Shown here one piece after another: positions 27,306-37,559 of a DNA stretch of 64,000 nt. A program made the position numbers and the translations under genes. Position 1 is the stretch's first letter. Every line of letters begins with the position of its first letter. The notes beneath the pieces were generated by a model, which searched no databases, was not told the DNA's origin, and was given only the letters and a program-made list of their open reading frames with translations. Source of the stretch: a virus. The stretch lies in IMG/VR virus record IMGVR_UViG_3300042090_002597, positions 1-64,000 of that record. The stretch is one strand, 5' to 3'.

Positions 27306-29056
27306 ACTGCCGGCTCCTTCGCCTGCTGCTTTTCCTTGACCCCGTCCCGGCGAACACCGCCGCGATGACCGTGCGCAAGCGACCGCGCGGGGTCGGTCTT
27401 GCTCGGAAACGGTGCGCCGACCTTGTTGGTATCTTTCGCTCCGTCAGGTCCGCCTTCGGCATCACCTTCGCCGCCGCCCGCCTGCATCTCCAGCCATTTT
27501 GTCGCAAGTGTCTGGAACACGCCTGCTTTCGCCGGATCCTCCGGGCAGAGGCTCATGATCTCCATCAGCGGTCGGTTTTCTTCCGGCACACCGGTGGTCA
27601 GTTTCGGAAGATCAACCTCGACCCGCGTTTCGCCCCAGGTGCGGGCCAGTTTCCGGGCTTCGTACTCCCGTGCATCTTGTTTCGGATTTGCACCGTTGAA
27701 ACGGAACCGCAGCCGGGACCAGTTCGGCCAGAGCAGATATTCGTTGATCCGGTTGGCGCAGAAGCCGAGCAGGGCAGGGAGACCGTTGTCGTCGACGCCG
27801 GCGATCTCGGTGGACTCGTTCGGCATCGGCTTGTTGTCGCGATGCTGACCGGACGCGAAAATGCCGAGCCGCGAAGGCGGAAAATTGTTGATGACGCAGT
27901 ACAGACCGCCCATCAGATTGATGTGGTCCTTGTAGCGTATCTCCTCGCCCTTCAGGTCCATGAAGTTGAGAATGTCAACCTCGGACTCTTCGGGAATGGA
28001 CATCACTGGCATGCCCCAGCTTTTGCTGATGCCACGTTTCATGTTGGTCCATTCGCGCATCAAAGCGTCGATCTGGTCCTGATTGAAGAAATCGCCTTTC
28101 AGCAGCAGCATACCATTCGGAATGGAATTGCGGCTGAAGGTGTCGGCGTTCAGTTGAATGGCGTTCTGAAACGCCTGAACCATCGTGACAGCAATTTCGA
28201 TTTCCGACCAGCCATATCCCCAGGTGTTCGGATCCGTGCGGGGATTTCGGACAGACCAGGTGAGGGTGTTTCGGGTGAAGGGGCGGACAGGGTTGCCGGT
28301 ATCGTCGACAAGGGCTGCGAAATACTTGGGATCTCCCCCATATCCACGGCCAGGAATGGCCAGCCGTATGTTACCTGCGGGAAGGTTGGCGAAAGCGCGT
28401 ATCCGCCCCATTCGGTCCATATCCGTCCAGATAGCCCAGCCATCGTATTTGTGGGTATCATCTCCAAACTGTCGCAGGAACATATCGAAGGGGTGCAGCA
28501 AATTCTGGTCGCGCTGACGTGCATCCTCGTTGGTTTCCCGGTTGCAATTCCATATGAAGCGTTCCGCGGCTTTGATGTCTTCCTTGTCCTGCGTGTTCGG
28601 CCGCTCTTTCGGATCGCGCATGCCGATCGACCAGCCGGGCTCCCACAACTGGGTAGAAAGACCGCTGTAGCGGGCGAGGTCGGCCACCCGGCTACGGATG
28701 ACCAGCTGCGGTGCAATATTCTCCCGTGCGATCTTCTGCAAACTCTCGGGCGCGATCCCAGGCCAAGGCAATAGCCCGGCGTTGGCTGGATCAGGCATAA
28801 AACTTAGCGTGGAATAGCTAAAAGCCTGCGGCGGAATGCCGAGAGCTTTCACTACTTCAGTGAGTGAACTCTCCACTGCTTTGCCGACCTCACCCATCGA
28901 GGCTTTCATGGCCTCCAGATAGGTGGCCATTCCCAAAACATACGGCTGGAAAACCTGATCCGGAAGAGGCAAGCGCGCGTGTGGCGCTCCTTCACGTACA
29001 GGTGCGTTGATATCGAATACGCCTGACGCAGCGGGTGGGACGTGAAGGTTCAACAC
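27302..29056 (-). CDS. Portal protein
   Basis: 584 aa; RNPRTD...GYG.SEIE and F.....P.G.L motifs; located between terminase and protease. Confidence 0.85.
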   Translation of the reverse strand: MLNLHVPPAASGVFDINAPVREGAPHARLPLPDQVFQPYVLGMATYLEAMKASMGEVGKAVESSLTEVVKALGIPPQAFSYSTLSFMPDPANAGLLPWPGIAPESLQKIARENIAPQLVIRSRVADLARYSGLSTQLWEPGWSIGMRDPKERPNTQDKEDIKAAERFIWNCNRETNEDARQRDQNLLHPFDMFLRQFGDDTHKYDGWAIWTDMDRMGRIRAFANLPAGNIRLAIPGRGYGGDPKYFAALVDDTGNPVRPFTRNTLTWSVRNPRTDPNTWGYGWSEIEIAVTMVQAFQNAIQLNADTFSRNSIPNGMLLLKGDFFNQDQIDALMREWTNMKRGISKSWGMPVMSIPEESEVDILNFMDLKGEEIRYKDHINLMGGLYCVINNFPPSRLGIFASGQHRDNKPMPNESTEIAGVDDNGLPALLGFCANRINEYLLWPNWSRLRFRFNGANPKQDAREYEARKLARTWGETRVEVDLPKLTTGVPEENRPLMEIMSLCPEDPAKAGVFQTLATKWLEMQAGGGEGDAEGGPDGAKDTNKVGAPFPSKTDPARSLAHGHRGGVRRDGVKEKQQAKEPAV

Positions 29057-29856
29057 TGTCTGAACTCCCTAACCATGGCTTCCGTTATGCCATGCTCCGC
29101 CAGGAAGTCTGCTGGATGCTTTGATCCTTTCGACAAATTACAAACCGGACACAAAATCTGGAGATTATCCCGTTCATTTGAGCCGCCAAGTTTGAGCGGC
29201 ATGATGTGGTCAACATGTCTCCGTTCACGAACACTTTCACTACACCAAAGCGACGCGCAGACACCACTCTGCTGCTCCATCAAGAAAGCTATGTCGCCTT
29301 TACGAATTCGACCTCCGGATTTGGCTTCCCGCATGCGCCGCAAATACTTTTTAATCAGCGCCTTCTCCGGATTTACTGCATGCCATGCAGCGTTCGTTTT
29401 CCGGACACGTTCTTTGTTCGCGTGTTTCCACGCTTTTATAGTCGCTTTGAACTGCTCTTGGTTGGCTTTAGTCCAGGCGAGCGTCATGGCGCGACAACGT
29501 TCGAGATTCTTCGCCCGCCACTTTGCGCTGCGTGCTCGCGCTTTGTCCGGGTTATTTCTCAACCATAAACGGTTAGTTTCACGCGCTTTGTCTTTGTTTT
29601 CGGCGTACCATTTTGCATTTGCAGCGTTTATGGACTCTTTGTTTTTCGCGTAATAGCGTGCTTTTGCGGCTTTTTCCTCGGCAGGATTTGCTGCTCTCCA
29701 CGCCGCTGCTTGCAAACGATTCTTTTCCGCGTTCTCTTTTTTGGATCTCCATTTTGCCGCAATTGCTTTGACTTTATCCGGGTTAGCGGCGCGCCAAGCT
29801 CTCATTCTGGCAGCTTCTTTCGCGCGCTGTTCGGCTGTTTTGACCTTCTTGGCCAT
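29050..29856 (-). CDS. HNH endonuclease with WRAANP-type helical repeats
   Basis: HVDHIMPL..GGSN...NLQILC..CN.SKG. Confidence 0.85.
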   Translation of the reverse strand: MAKKVKTAEQRAKEAARMRAWRAANPDKVKAIAAKWRSKKENAEKNRLQAAAWRAANPAEEKAAKARYYAKNKESINAANAKWYAENKDKARETNRLWLRNNPDKARARSAKWRAKNLERCRAMTLAWTKANQEQFKATIKAWKHANKERVRKTNAAWHAVNPEKALIKKYLRRMREAKSGGRIRKGDIAFLMEQQSGVCASLWCSESVRERRHVDHIMPLKLGGSNERDNLQILCPVCNLSKGSKHPADFLAEHGITEAMVREFRQC

Positions 29857-30214
29857 CAGCCGAATCCTCTCGTGGTCGGTTTCTTGGGAAGAAACCCCGA
29901 GTGTGTATGGATTCCCTTCGGCTGGCTCTGCCGCTTCAAATTATCCTCGATTTCCTCCAGCACGGACGCGCGAAGTGCCGCCATGTACTCCGGCTTCGGG
30001 TGATGCTGAGTGATGTACTGCTTCAGACAGTTGCCGTAGTGGTCGGTTGGCGGGGTGCGATCATCCCGCATGTTCGGACCTTGCCGGCGCCGGCTGTTCA
30101 GAGCGAAACACGTATGTATTGCCATCCAGCACATAAACCGTGACCGTTTCTTTCTTGGTCACGGCTTTCACCATGCCTCCAGTCTCGCCAAGCGCCTTGA
30201 TAAGAAGTTTGGTG

Positions 30215-30844
30215 TCAGCCACCAACCGCTTCTCCAACGTCGATCGTCTCCTTGGGGAGAATGGTGACGTAGCCCTCGTCCTGGTATTGGAAATTGGTGA
30301 GGTATTTGCCCTCGGTGAGTGTGGTGAAGAAATCGCCGTTCCTGTCCTGCGGACAGTACGGACGCACATTCGCGGGAAGATTGCCGGAAGTGAACGGACC
30401 GTCAATCCAAATGCGCAGATCATCGACCAGAATCACATCCTTGCACTGCGGCCGCTGTGTGACGATGGCCTCGATTTCCGCCGGCAGCGGCAATCTGACC
30501 AGATCATCCGGTTCGGAACCGTACCCGCGAAGCTGATAGTCGGCGCCGGGGAAATGCGCGTCCAGCCAAAACAGGATCGGTTCATCTTGTGGTGTATCCC
30601 GGCAGACATCATCCAGAAACACCAGACTGATGTCGCAACTGATCTTGATCCGATCGTCCGTAAAAAACGCGGCTGTTGCCGCGTTAGCGAGAGTGGGTTC
30701 GATCTCGCATGATCGAAGTGTCTTGAACGGAAGCCGCGCAGCCAGGGCGAGTGACTGGCCATGTCCGGTGCCGGTCTCGACGAAATGCTTGATCCCATAG
30801 AAGTGCATCAACTTCGGCAGATCAAAACGCGCAAGCGAACCCAT
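30215..30844 (-). CDS. Class I SAM-dependent methyltransferase-like protein
   Basis: FVETGTG.G, FWLDAH and ILVDD motifs. Confidence 0.7.
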   Translation of the reverse strand: MGSLARFDLPKLMHFYGIKHFVETGTGHGQSLALAARLPFKTLRSCEIEPTLANAATAAFFTDDRIKISCDISLVFLDDVCRDTPQDEPILFWLDAHFPGADYQLRGYGSEPDDLVRLPLPAEIEAIVTQRPQCKDVILVDDLRIWIDGPFTSGNLPANVRPYCPQDRNGDFFTTLTEGKYLTNFQYQDEGYVTILPKETIDVGEAVGG

Positions 30845-31134
30845 CAGGAAGCGTCCTTCTTCGCAGAAGACCTAAACAGATTTATTTTTGTTACAGGCAG
30901 GTCGTAACTAAAATCAAGTTCTTCAGCACTTGTTTTAGCCGGGCCAGTTTCACCAGGAGCGACATCGCCGATGTAGGCTCCGGAAGGACTGTAGACAGAT
31001 ACTGGTTTGTCGCTGAGATTCCTGACCCCGTAATTCTCGGGAGGCAGAATGAAACCACTGCCGTGCGCGCACACTATTTCCGGCTGCGCGGGTGGTTTAT
31101 CCAACCATCTTTTCAAGAAAGAAAACCAGGCCAC
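30844..31134 (-). CDS. Hypothetical protein
   Basis: 96 aa, coupled to the downstream gene. Confidence 0.45.
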   Translation of the reverse strand: MAWFSFLKRWLDKPPAQPEIVCAHGSGFILPPENYGVRNLSDKPVSVYSPSGAYIGDVAPGETGPAKTSAEELDFSYDLPVTKINLFRSSAKKDAS

Positions 31135-31236
31135 CCATCACTCCCGGCGCTGCATCAACTCGGACACCATAACAATGCCGGAAAAAACGCGCAAGAGCCT
31201 TCTGAGTAGAAATACTCGGAAGCGGGGCTGGACTAC

Positions 31237-33705
31237 CTAGTTTGACGCCAGTTTAACGCTTCCATGCGCGGCCCAGTCGCCGCAGCCTGATAGTGCGCGC
31301 ACGGTCTTCAGGTGCTGCGGATGCTTGCACCTCTCCGCATTGTCGAACACGCCGTAGTAGGCGCAAGGAGCGCCGCACATGCCCTGGAACGGGCTGTCCG
31401 CCAACTGGCTTGCTTCGCCCGCGGCTGCCGCCGCGCCAGCTTCCGCCACCGCCTGGAAGGCAGCCATGGCATCCATCCGGGGATCGCCTTCGAACAGTCC
31501 GCCCAAGCCACTCGGCACTCCAGCCGTGGCTGGCAGACCAGGCACGTACGCCACCTGCCGGCTGAGCGCTATCGCCCGGGTGACGATATGGACCAGAACG
31601 TCAAACTCATCCGACGCCTTCACCCCGCCGGCAAAGCCGCACACCTTCTGCATGAATCCCTGCAGCGCATCCCCATGCGGATTGCGAAGCCACTCCGCGC
31701 CCTCCGGCACCAGCACCCGGCCCATCTTCGCCCAGCCTTGCACGGACGCCGCGCCGCCAGGGATCGGCAGCCCGCCGTCGCCAGTGAGGATAGGATTGAT
31801 GGCGCGCTCGACCTTGCCCTGCTGCACCATCTGCCCGTAGATCGGAATGTGCGTGCCCTTGAAGGTGCTCAACAGCCCGACGCCGGACTGCTTCTCTTCC
31901 ACGATCACCCGCCGCGGATGCCACACGCCGAAGCGGCTGCGCAGCGCCATGGCCAATTCCTGGAAATTCAGGTGCCGCACCATGAGATCAAGCAGATAAA
32001 CGTCGTAGTGGAAGTCGCACTTGCCGACGATCTCGGGATCCTCGCCCCGGTGCCACTGGTTGCAGGGCACGAAAAGCGCTGTGAGTGCGGCTGTGAGGCT
32101 CGACGATTGCGGCTGGCCCAGCGCGGTATCCCAGGCTTCCTCGATGACCCCCTTCATGCTGTCCGTCCAGCCGCGCACATTCGGCGCCTGAATGCCCAGC
32201 GAGAGGTCTTCCGGCGGTATGTACGGCCGGAAATCCTCTTCCTTGAACACACCCTCCCCGCCGCCGGACATGTCCCCGTCATAGTTCACCGCCGCCGTAC
32301 GGGGCTGGCGTCGCTTGACGGTCAGGTAGTTCCGGCGCTGGAGCTTGCTGTCCGGCCAGTAGAAGCCCATGCCGGTCTTGTCGATCGCCGCGTAGTAGAC
32401 CCGGTATTTCAGATAAAGCGAGTTGTTCTGCTCCTCCGGCGGGGCCAGTTCGCCGGTCTCCGAAAACACGCACTGGAGCACCCGGCCGGTCTCGGGATCC
32501 ATCGGCACATAGACGTCGAACCAGAGCCGCCGGCTGCCGCCTCGCCGCGTAGCGGGCAGTTCCATTACCACCCAATCGCCGGACTTGCGCCACTCCTGGT
32601 ACAGGTCGTCCTCGGCCCACCAGCGCCCCACCGCCACGCGCCTGCAGCCGCGAGGGTCCGCCCGGCTCATGAGCGTGCGGTAGTACTTGCCCACCACCGT
32701 GGCGCGGCTCTCCGGCGTATTGGAGTTCTCCTCGTCGTGGAGATCGTCCAGGATCATCAGGCGGGTGTGCAGACCGGTCAGGGCCTTCGAACCCAGGCCC
32801 GCACAGAAATAGGACGGGTTCTCGTCGCCGCGGTGCCGGCCGGTCACGTACAAGCCGCGTTCCAGACTCCAGCCGACACCCGCGTCCGGCCGCACGTCGG
32901 GGAAGTATTTTTTGAATGTGGGATCATCCTTGATGATCTGCATCGAGGCCTGAAGGAACGTCTGAGGGAGCCTTTCTCCCGCGGAGACGGACAGGATGGC
33001 CAGGGTCGGATCGTGGCCGAGTTCCCAGGTCGGGTAGACAATATCGAATAAGTTACTATTGTGTGTAACAACCCCGTCAGTAGTTATATAGAGCCCGTCT
33101 ACTACGCCTACCTGTATGCACACACTGCGCTGTTCCTCGGTCTCCTGGCTGGCGTGCTCCAGTCTTACTGTGCCGATCTCATTATTGCTCGGTTCATGGT
33201 GGAGCGGCACGAACCAGTCTATGTCGTCGAGCGTGCTCACAATGTCTTTTGTTTTTACGGTGGACCACTCCCACCCTTCCCATCCAGGTGTTCCGTACCG
33301 GTGCTGCGCCGCCACCCACAGGTGATCTTCGTGACAGGTGACAAGCCTGTTTCCTGCAAAAAACAAATTCCATAATTTACTCTCAGGAACATCAACACGA
33401 GCGACAACGTAGGCGTCGCCGCCCCTCGGATGACTGACTTTGCTGCCCAGTCGGATGAAATCAATCGGTACCCAGCCATCAGGGGTGAGCACCGGCATGT
33501 CTGGTGCTAGTGCCTTCCCCGCCCCTGCACTCACGAGCGCGAGAAGATTCTGGATTCGCTTGTCTTCCAGTCCGGCCACCAGCGGATAGTGGTGCGGTGC
33601 CAGATTGAAGCCCCTACGGCCCTGAACCAGATTGTAGTACTCGGCCAGACCGATCTTGAGTTTGGGTCCTGGATCAGGCGCCGGTGCGGGTTCCGACTTA
33701 CGCAT
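31237..33705 (-). CDS. terL: Terminase large subunit with intein
   Basis: Walker A GAGK/S split by an intein; Walker B LMILDD; RW..DDL; C-terminal nuclease WDTA...IVEEK...DEFD. Confidence 0.9.
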   Translation of the reverse strand: MRKSEPAPAPDPGPKLKIGLAEYYNLVQGRRGFNLAPHHYPLVAGLEDKRIQNLLALVSAGAGKALAPDMPVLTPDGWVPIDFIRLGSKVSHPRGGDAYVVARVDVPESKLWNLFFAGNRLVTCHEDHLWVAAQHRYGTPGWEGWEWSTVKTKDIVSTLDDIDWFVPLHHEPSNNEIGTVRLEHASQETEEQRSVCIQVGVVDGLYITTDGVVTHNSNLFDIVYPTWELGHDPTLAILSVSAGERLPQTFLQASMQIIKDDPTFKKYFPDVRPDAGVGWSLERGLYVTGRHRGDENPSYFCAGLGSKALTGLHTRLMILDDLHDEENSNTPESRATVVGKYYRTLMSRADPRGCRRVAVGRWWAEDDLYQEWRKSGDWVVMELPATRRGGSRRLWFDVYVPMDPETGRVLQCVFSETGELAPPEEQNNSLYLKYRVYYAAIDKTGMGFYWPDSKLQRRNYLTVKRRQPRTAAVNYDGDMSGGGEGVFKEEDFRPYIPPEDLSLGIQAPNVRGWTDSMKGVIEEAWDTALGQPQSSSLTAALTALFVPCNQWHRGEDPEIVGKCDFHYDVYLLDLMVRHLNFQELAMALRSRFGVWHPRRVIVEEKQSGVGLLSTFKGTHIPIYGQMVQQGKVERAINPILTGDGGLPIPGGAASVQGWAKMGRVLVPEGAEWLRNPHGDALQGFMQKVCGFAGGVKASDEFDVLVHIVTRAIALSRQVAYVPGLPATAGVPSGLGGLFEGDPRMDAMAAFQAVAEAGAAAAAGEASQLADSPFQGMCGAPCAYYGVFDNAERCKHPQHLKTVRALSGCGDWAAHGSVKLASN
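33058..33513 (-). mobile_element. Mini-intein (152 aa, Ala1, class 3-like) in the TerL Walker A motif
   Basis: GK|ALAPDMPVLTPDGW...CHEDHLW...VCIQV...VVTHN|S; no LAGLIDADG domain. Confidence 0.85.
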
Positions 33706-34780
33706 ACGCTGGCACTTCTATTCCTGCAGGTGCCATCTTCGCCAAAGGCTTTGATCTAATAGATGCGTCGTACCCAGCAAAATCCGTGTAGCGCCAAAAC
33801 CGACCGTTGATCCACCTCTGCACCCGTTTTAGTTGATGCAGAGTCCAGTCAAAACGGACATTTGGCTCTTTCACCAGCGCATTCAGTTTCACGTACGGTT
33901 GCACATAGGGCTCGCCGCCCCAGCCGATAACCTGCTGTATTCTGTCCATACAAGCGTCGAACGGCTCATTGCCGACAAGCACATAGACTTGCTTGCGCCT
34001 TGGTGAGAAGTCTTTCAGCATCCGCATAACCCGCTCTACATGCGGACCGTCTGCGGCGTCATCGTAAGCAAAACGCCACGGGCCTTTGTTCACGATCGAC
34101 CAGAGCGCCAGCACATCTTCATTGAAAGTGCGCGGCTCAAAGCCGCTGTTGGCGTCCAGCAGAGGCACCCGTGCCTGCAAATAGCGCCGCACTATATGTT
34201 GCTGGTAGTCCATGGAAAGCGCCGACAAATTGTTGTCACACAGGACTGGCCGCACGGGGAAATCAGGCAGCAAAGTGAAATCGCGCCCCTCCATTTTCGG
34301 CACAATGCAGAACCAACAGCCAACTGAGCAGCCTCGGCTGGCGATCGTCGCCATGGGATTATGTCGCGCAACCGCATCCGGGATATCGCCGCCAACTTCG
34401 TCGACCACATCATCTAGGTAATGTTTGCGGGTGAATAGTCCGGGACCGCCCGCGCGCACTTTATATCCCTGCGCCCGGTAGTACTTTGCTCGTTCACGGG
34501 CCTCGTCTAGTCTCCAGGTGAACACAATCGACAGATAGGCCGTGTCGCCGTCGGTCCACTCCACCAGACCGCTGGACGCCCATTTTCCTTTGTTGTACGG
34601 ACTTACCAAAACTGCATCCTTCCGCCCGTATTCGACAAGCCCGAATGACCTTCCGGCGGTGGTCGACCCCAGGTTCCCCGGATCAACACAAAACCGACCA
34701 GTACCGTCACCGTCGCCAATCGAGTAATTGCCCAGAAAGTCATGGTGTTGCCTTCGGGCCCCACACCGGGCTGAGATCAA
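33698..34780 (-). CDS. Radical SAM protein
   Basis: SRGCSVGCWFC (CxxxCxxC) motif; start uncertain. Confidence 0.75.
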   Translation of the reverse strand: MISARCGARRQHHDFLGNYSIGDGDGTGRFCVDPGNLGSTTAGRSFGLVEYGRKDAVLVSPYNKGKWASSGLVEWTDGDTAYLSIVFTWRLDEARERAKYYRAQGYKVRAGGPGLFTRKHYLDDVVDEVGGDIPDAVARHNPMATIASRGCSVGCWFCIVPKMEGRDFTLLPDFPVRPVLCDNNLSALSMDYQQHIVRRYLQARVPLLDANSGFEPRTFNEDVLALWSIVNKGPWRFAYDDAADGPHVERVMRMLKDFSPRRKQVYVLVGNEPFDACMDRIQQVIGWGGEPYVQPYVKLNALVKEPNVRFDWTLHQLKRVQRWINGRFWRYTDFAGYDASIRSKPLAKMAPAGIEVPAYA

Positions 34781-35006
34781 TCACATTCAGCGGCTGTACC
34801 GCTGCATCATGCTCCGCATTCACCATCGGAATCTCGATATCCGATTTGCTGGCCGGCTTCTTCTCTTTCCCCTCGCCCTTCAACTTGTTCGCCTCATCCG
34901 CCAGTTTACCGGCCTCGCGGCCGGACATTCCGTGTTCCGCCGCAATGTCCTTGTCGTGCGCGGCCGCATTGAACAGGCGTCTCTGGGCGGGAGTAAAAGG
35001 TGCCAT
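34740..35006 (-). CDS. Hypothetical protein
   Basis: 88 aa, beginning MAPF..AQRR. Confidence 0.5.
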   Translation of the reverse strand: MAPFTPAQRRLFNAAAHDKDIAAEHGMSGREAGKLADEANKLKGEGKEKKPASKSDIEIPMVNAEHDAAVQPLNVIDLSPVWGPKATP

Positions 35007-35546
35007 CTATTTTCTCCATCTAGCATCTGCTGCCATTTTTGCTAGCGGCGCTATTCGCGCCGCTTTCATCGGAGCCATAGCGTCGTACGCACATTTTCTA
35101 CCGCAGTATTTTGTTTTGCTTTTCATTTTTTCCGCAGTGCCTGATACCGTTACACCACAGTGAGCACAAGTCAAGCTAACTATCTTAACACGAGCAGCAT
35201 CTTTGCACACAGCAGAACAAAATCGTTTTGTTTTGTCTTTATGTATCCTAGATTTTGGTTTTAAGTCTACTTTCCCGCACCACACACACCGCACAGGTAT
35301 CCGCGGATGATGCAGTTGCTGGTGGCACCGCGCACAGAGCCACCGGACAACAAGCGGTTTACTGTAATCATCGTGGTGAGCTTGTGTCGGTTCAGCGCCG
35401 CATTTCTCACAAGAAAGTGTAGTTAATCGTCCGTCGCGAACTGCGCGAGATAGTTTCATTCTCGCAGCTTGGCGCATATTGCTTTCGGGCTTTGCACGCT
35501 GGCGGCGGTTATACTCAGCACGTTTTGCGGGGTCTATTTTTGTCAT
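35007..35546 (-). CDS. HNH-like zinc-finger protein
   Basis: CEKC...AHHDDYSKPL.VRWLC..CH, followed by two C..C...FCS..C repeats. Confidence 0.7.
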   Translation of the reverse strand: MTKIDPAKRAEYNRRQRAKPESNMRQAARMKLSRAVRDGRLTTLSCEKCGAEPTQAHHDDYSKPLVVRWLCARCHQQLHHPRIPVRCVWCGKVDLKPKSRIHKDKTKRFCSAVCKDAARVKIVSLTCAHCGVTVSGTAEKMKSKTKYCGRKCAYDAMAPMKAARIAPLAKMAADARWRK

Positions 35547-35740
35547 CTAACTTGCGTAGCACAGCGTGCCTTGCCACGCAAGTTAAATGTTTACTATAAC
35601 TAAGACTGTTTCTCGGTCCAGGGCACGGCACAATCCTCCGCTATGGAAAGGCATAGCCTACCCCGGAAGCCGCTGTCAGGTAAAGGCGAAGTTCGCCGCA
35701 GTCAGCTTTTCGCCAATGAAGACAGCGCCCCCGCTACTGG

Positions 35741-36139
35741 TTATGGTTCGCTGATTCCGCGAATACTGACACCAAAGAACGGTGTTATCTCCGCATGCCT
35801 GCCAAATATCTTAGCAGTCGCCAAACTATCCTTGATACTCAATTTGTGCGCGAAAAAACTTTGTGCGGATCCGTCGTATCTGACTTTCTGCATTTCCATT
35901 TTGCAGTAAGGGTTCGGTGTGTCAGAGACAGAGTTGATCGAAGTCAGCGCATAGATTCCTTCGAAAACAAGCGGAGCCGCAACAGATGGGCTCATTGTCT
36001 CGACGCACTGGCGCACTGTCTCAGCGTGCCCGGCAGCATTGGTGAGACCAATACCAACACAATGATGCAGAAATACGATCGCCGCTTCCAGCTTTTCCTT
36101 TAGCTTGTCCTCGGCCGATCTTGGAGCGTACGCGCTCAT
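35741..36139 (-). CDS. Hypothetical protein
   Basis: 132 aa ORF overlapping the upstream stop codon. Confidence 0.4.
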   Translation of the reverse strand: MSAYAPRSAEDKLKEKLEAAIVFLHHCVGIGLTNAAGHAETVRQCVETMSPSVAAPLVFEGIYALTSINSVSDTPNPYCKMEMQKVRYDGSAQSFFAHKLSIKDSLATAKIFGRHAEITPFFGVSIRGISEP

Positions 36140-37170
36140 GTGAAACTGAAATTCGCTGCGGTCGGTTTTTCACCGATAAAGACAATGTCCCCGCCGCCGG
36201 GGATAGGCAATTTCCAGTTGCCGCCCGCATGCACCAGCGCCGCCTTCACCTCCGTGAAAGTGCCGAGCCCGGTGATCTGGTGCAGATCAACCACATTGGT
36301 TCCGAGATCATTGATGTCCGCCTGTCCGCCGTAATCTCCGGCGGTGCCGTCCACAATGACCGTGTTGCCGGCCAGACCCATCCCGATCGCGGCGGAGCCG
36401 TTATCGGTGAGAAACACCCGGTTGAGAATTCCCGCTTCGGAAATGGTGGTGTAGAGCGTGTGCCCGGACACATAGACGCTGCTGCCGTCATCAACAAAGA
36501 CATCCGCCTTTGCCGGCGTTCCGTCATCATCGCCACCAACACTGATCGTGTCCGCCCACCCCAACGCCACCACATTGGAGTAGCCGGCGTTGATCGAGAT
36601 GTGATCGTAGGCACCCCCCGCCACTATGGTGCTGTCGCCACCGGCGCTGACGATGGTGTCGATGCGCCCATTGGCGACAATCACATCGGACTTGCCGCCG
36701 AGTGCCGCCACATTGATCAGATCATTGTCGCCGCGGGCCTGGATGGTGTTGCGGCCCGAACCGGCCACGATCACATCACTGTTGCCGCTGGCGGAGATAT
36801 CGTTGTTGCCGTCGCCGACCGATATGTAGGCGCCCGCGCCAGCGTCGTGGATGACCGTGTTGCCGTTCCCGGCGACGATGGCGCCCTGGGCCATCTGCCC
36901 CGCGTCGACCACGTCAGTATTGCCCTTGACGGACTGCAGGATGACCAGATCATTGGTGCTGACGCCGGTCAACGTGACCGTGCTGTTGCCAGGTCCGAGC
37001 GTGACCCCGCCGTCCTTGACATGATCTACTTGAGCTGTGTCATTGCCGGGGCCCATGGCTACGAACAGGCCCTCGCCGGTACCTGTGCCGGTCACGGTGA
37101 TGTCGAAATTTCCTGCGCCGACGGTGAGGTATGCATTACTGCCGGCGATGGAGAGCGGAATTTGTTTCAT
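36136..37170 (-). CDS. RTX/hemolysin-type Gly/Asp-rich beta-roll protein
   Basis: Repeated G.GND.I and G.D.I nonapeptide-like units. Confidence 0.65.
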   Translation of the reverse strand: MKQIPLSIAGSNAYLTVGAGNFDITVTGTGTGEGLFVAMGPGNDTAQVDHVKDGGVTLGPGNSTVTLTGVSTNDLVILQSVKGNTDVVDAGQMAQGAIVAGNGNTVIHDAGAGAYISVGDGNNDISASGNSDVIVAGSGRNTIQARGDNDLINVAALGGKSDVIVANGRIDTIVSAGGDSTIVAGGAYDHISINAGYSNVVALGWADTISVGGDDDGTPAKADVFVDDGSSVYVSGHTLYTTISEAGILNRVFLTDNGSAAIGMGLAGNTVIVDGTAGDYGGQADINDLGTNVVDLHQITGLGTFTEVKAALVHAGGNWKLPIPGGGDIVFIGEKPTAANFSFT

Positions 37171-37559
37171 TGTGGTGGAAAGTCCTTTTCCATGAGTTCA
37201 GCATTGAGCCGCGCATTTTCGAGTTCAAGATCGACCACTTTGCGCTGAAGTGCGCGGATGATCGTGTGGTTGTTCTTGATCGTGTCCGTGGCTTCTTCCA
37301 GGTCTTTGAGACACGACCGGGCGAGTTCCTGCGCTTCCTCGGTGATGATAGCCCGCCTTTTGCTGCTGGAAACAGGCATGACTCCGGACCGCCGCATGGC
37401 TCTAATTCCTGCGATCAGGCTGAACGCCGCCACTGTCAAGAAACCACAACCGAGAACTCCGAGGCACACTATTATAGTTGTGAAAATCCAGTCAGATGAC
37501 ATCATGGCTGGCCGCCGCGCAGCAGCATCGCGAACGAGACGAATGCCCACAGCCCGCAC
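37167..37559 (-). CDS. Membrane-anchored coiled-coil protein
   Basis: Transmembrane segment followed by a coiled coil; likely start at the MMSSDW methionines. Confidence 0.5.
   Translation of the reverse strand: MRAVGIRLVRDAAARRPAMMSSDWIFTTIIVCLGVLGCGFLTVAAFSLIAGIRAMRRSGVMPVSSSKRRAIITEEAQELARSCLKDLEEATDTIKNNHTIIRALQRKVVDLELENARLNAELMEKDFPPQ

Noticed and set aside
15679-33051. Long plus-strand ORFs antisense to capsid, scaffold, glycosyltransferase, portal and terminase genes (e.g. 15679-17676, 31312-33051)
   Set aside because: These are shadow ORFs expected from high-GC codon bias on the coding strand.
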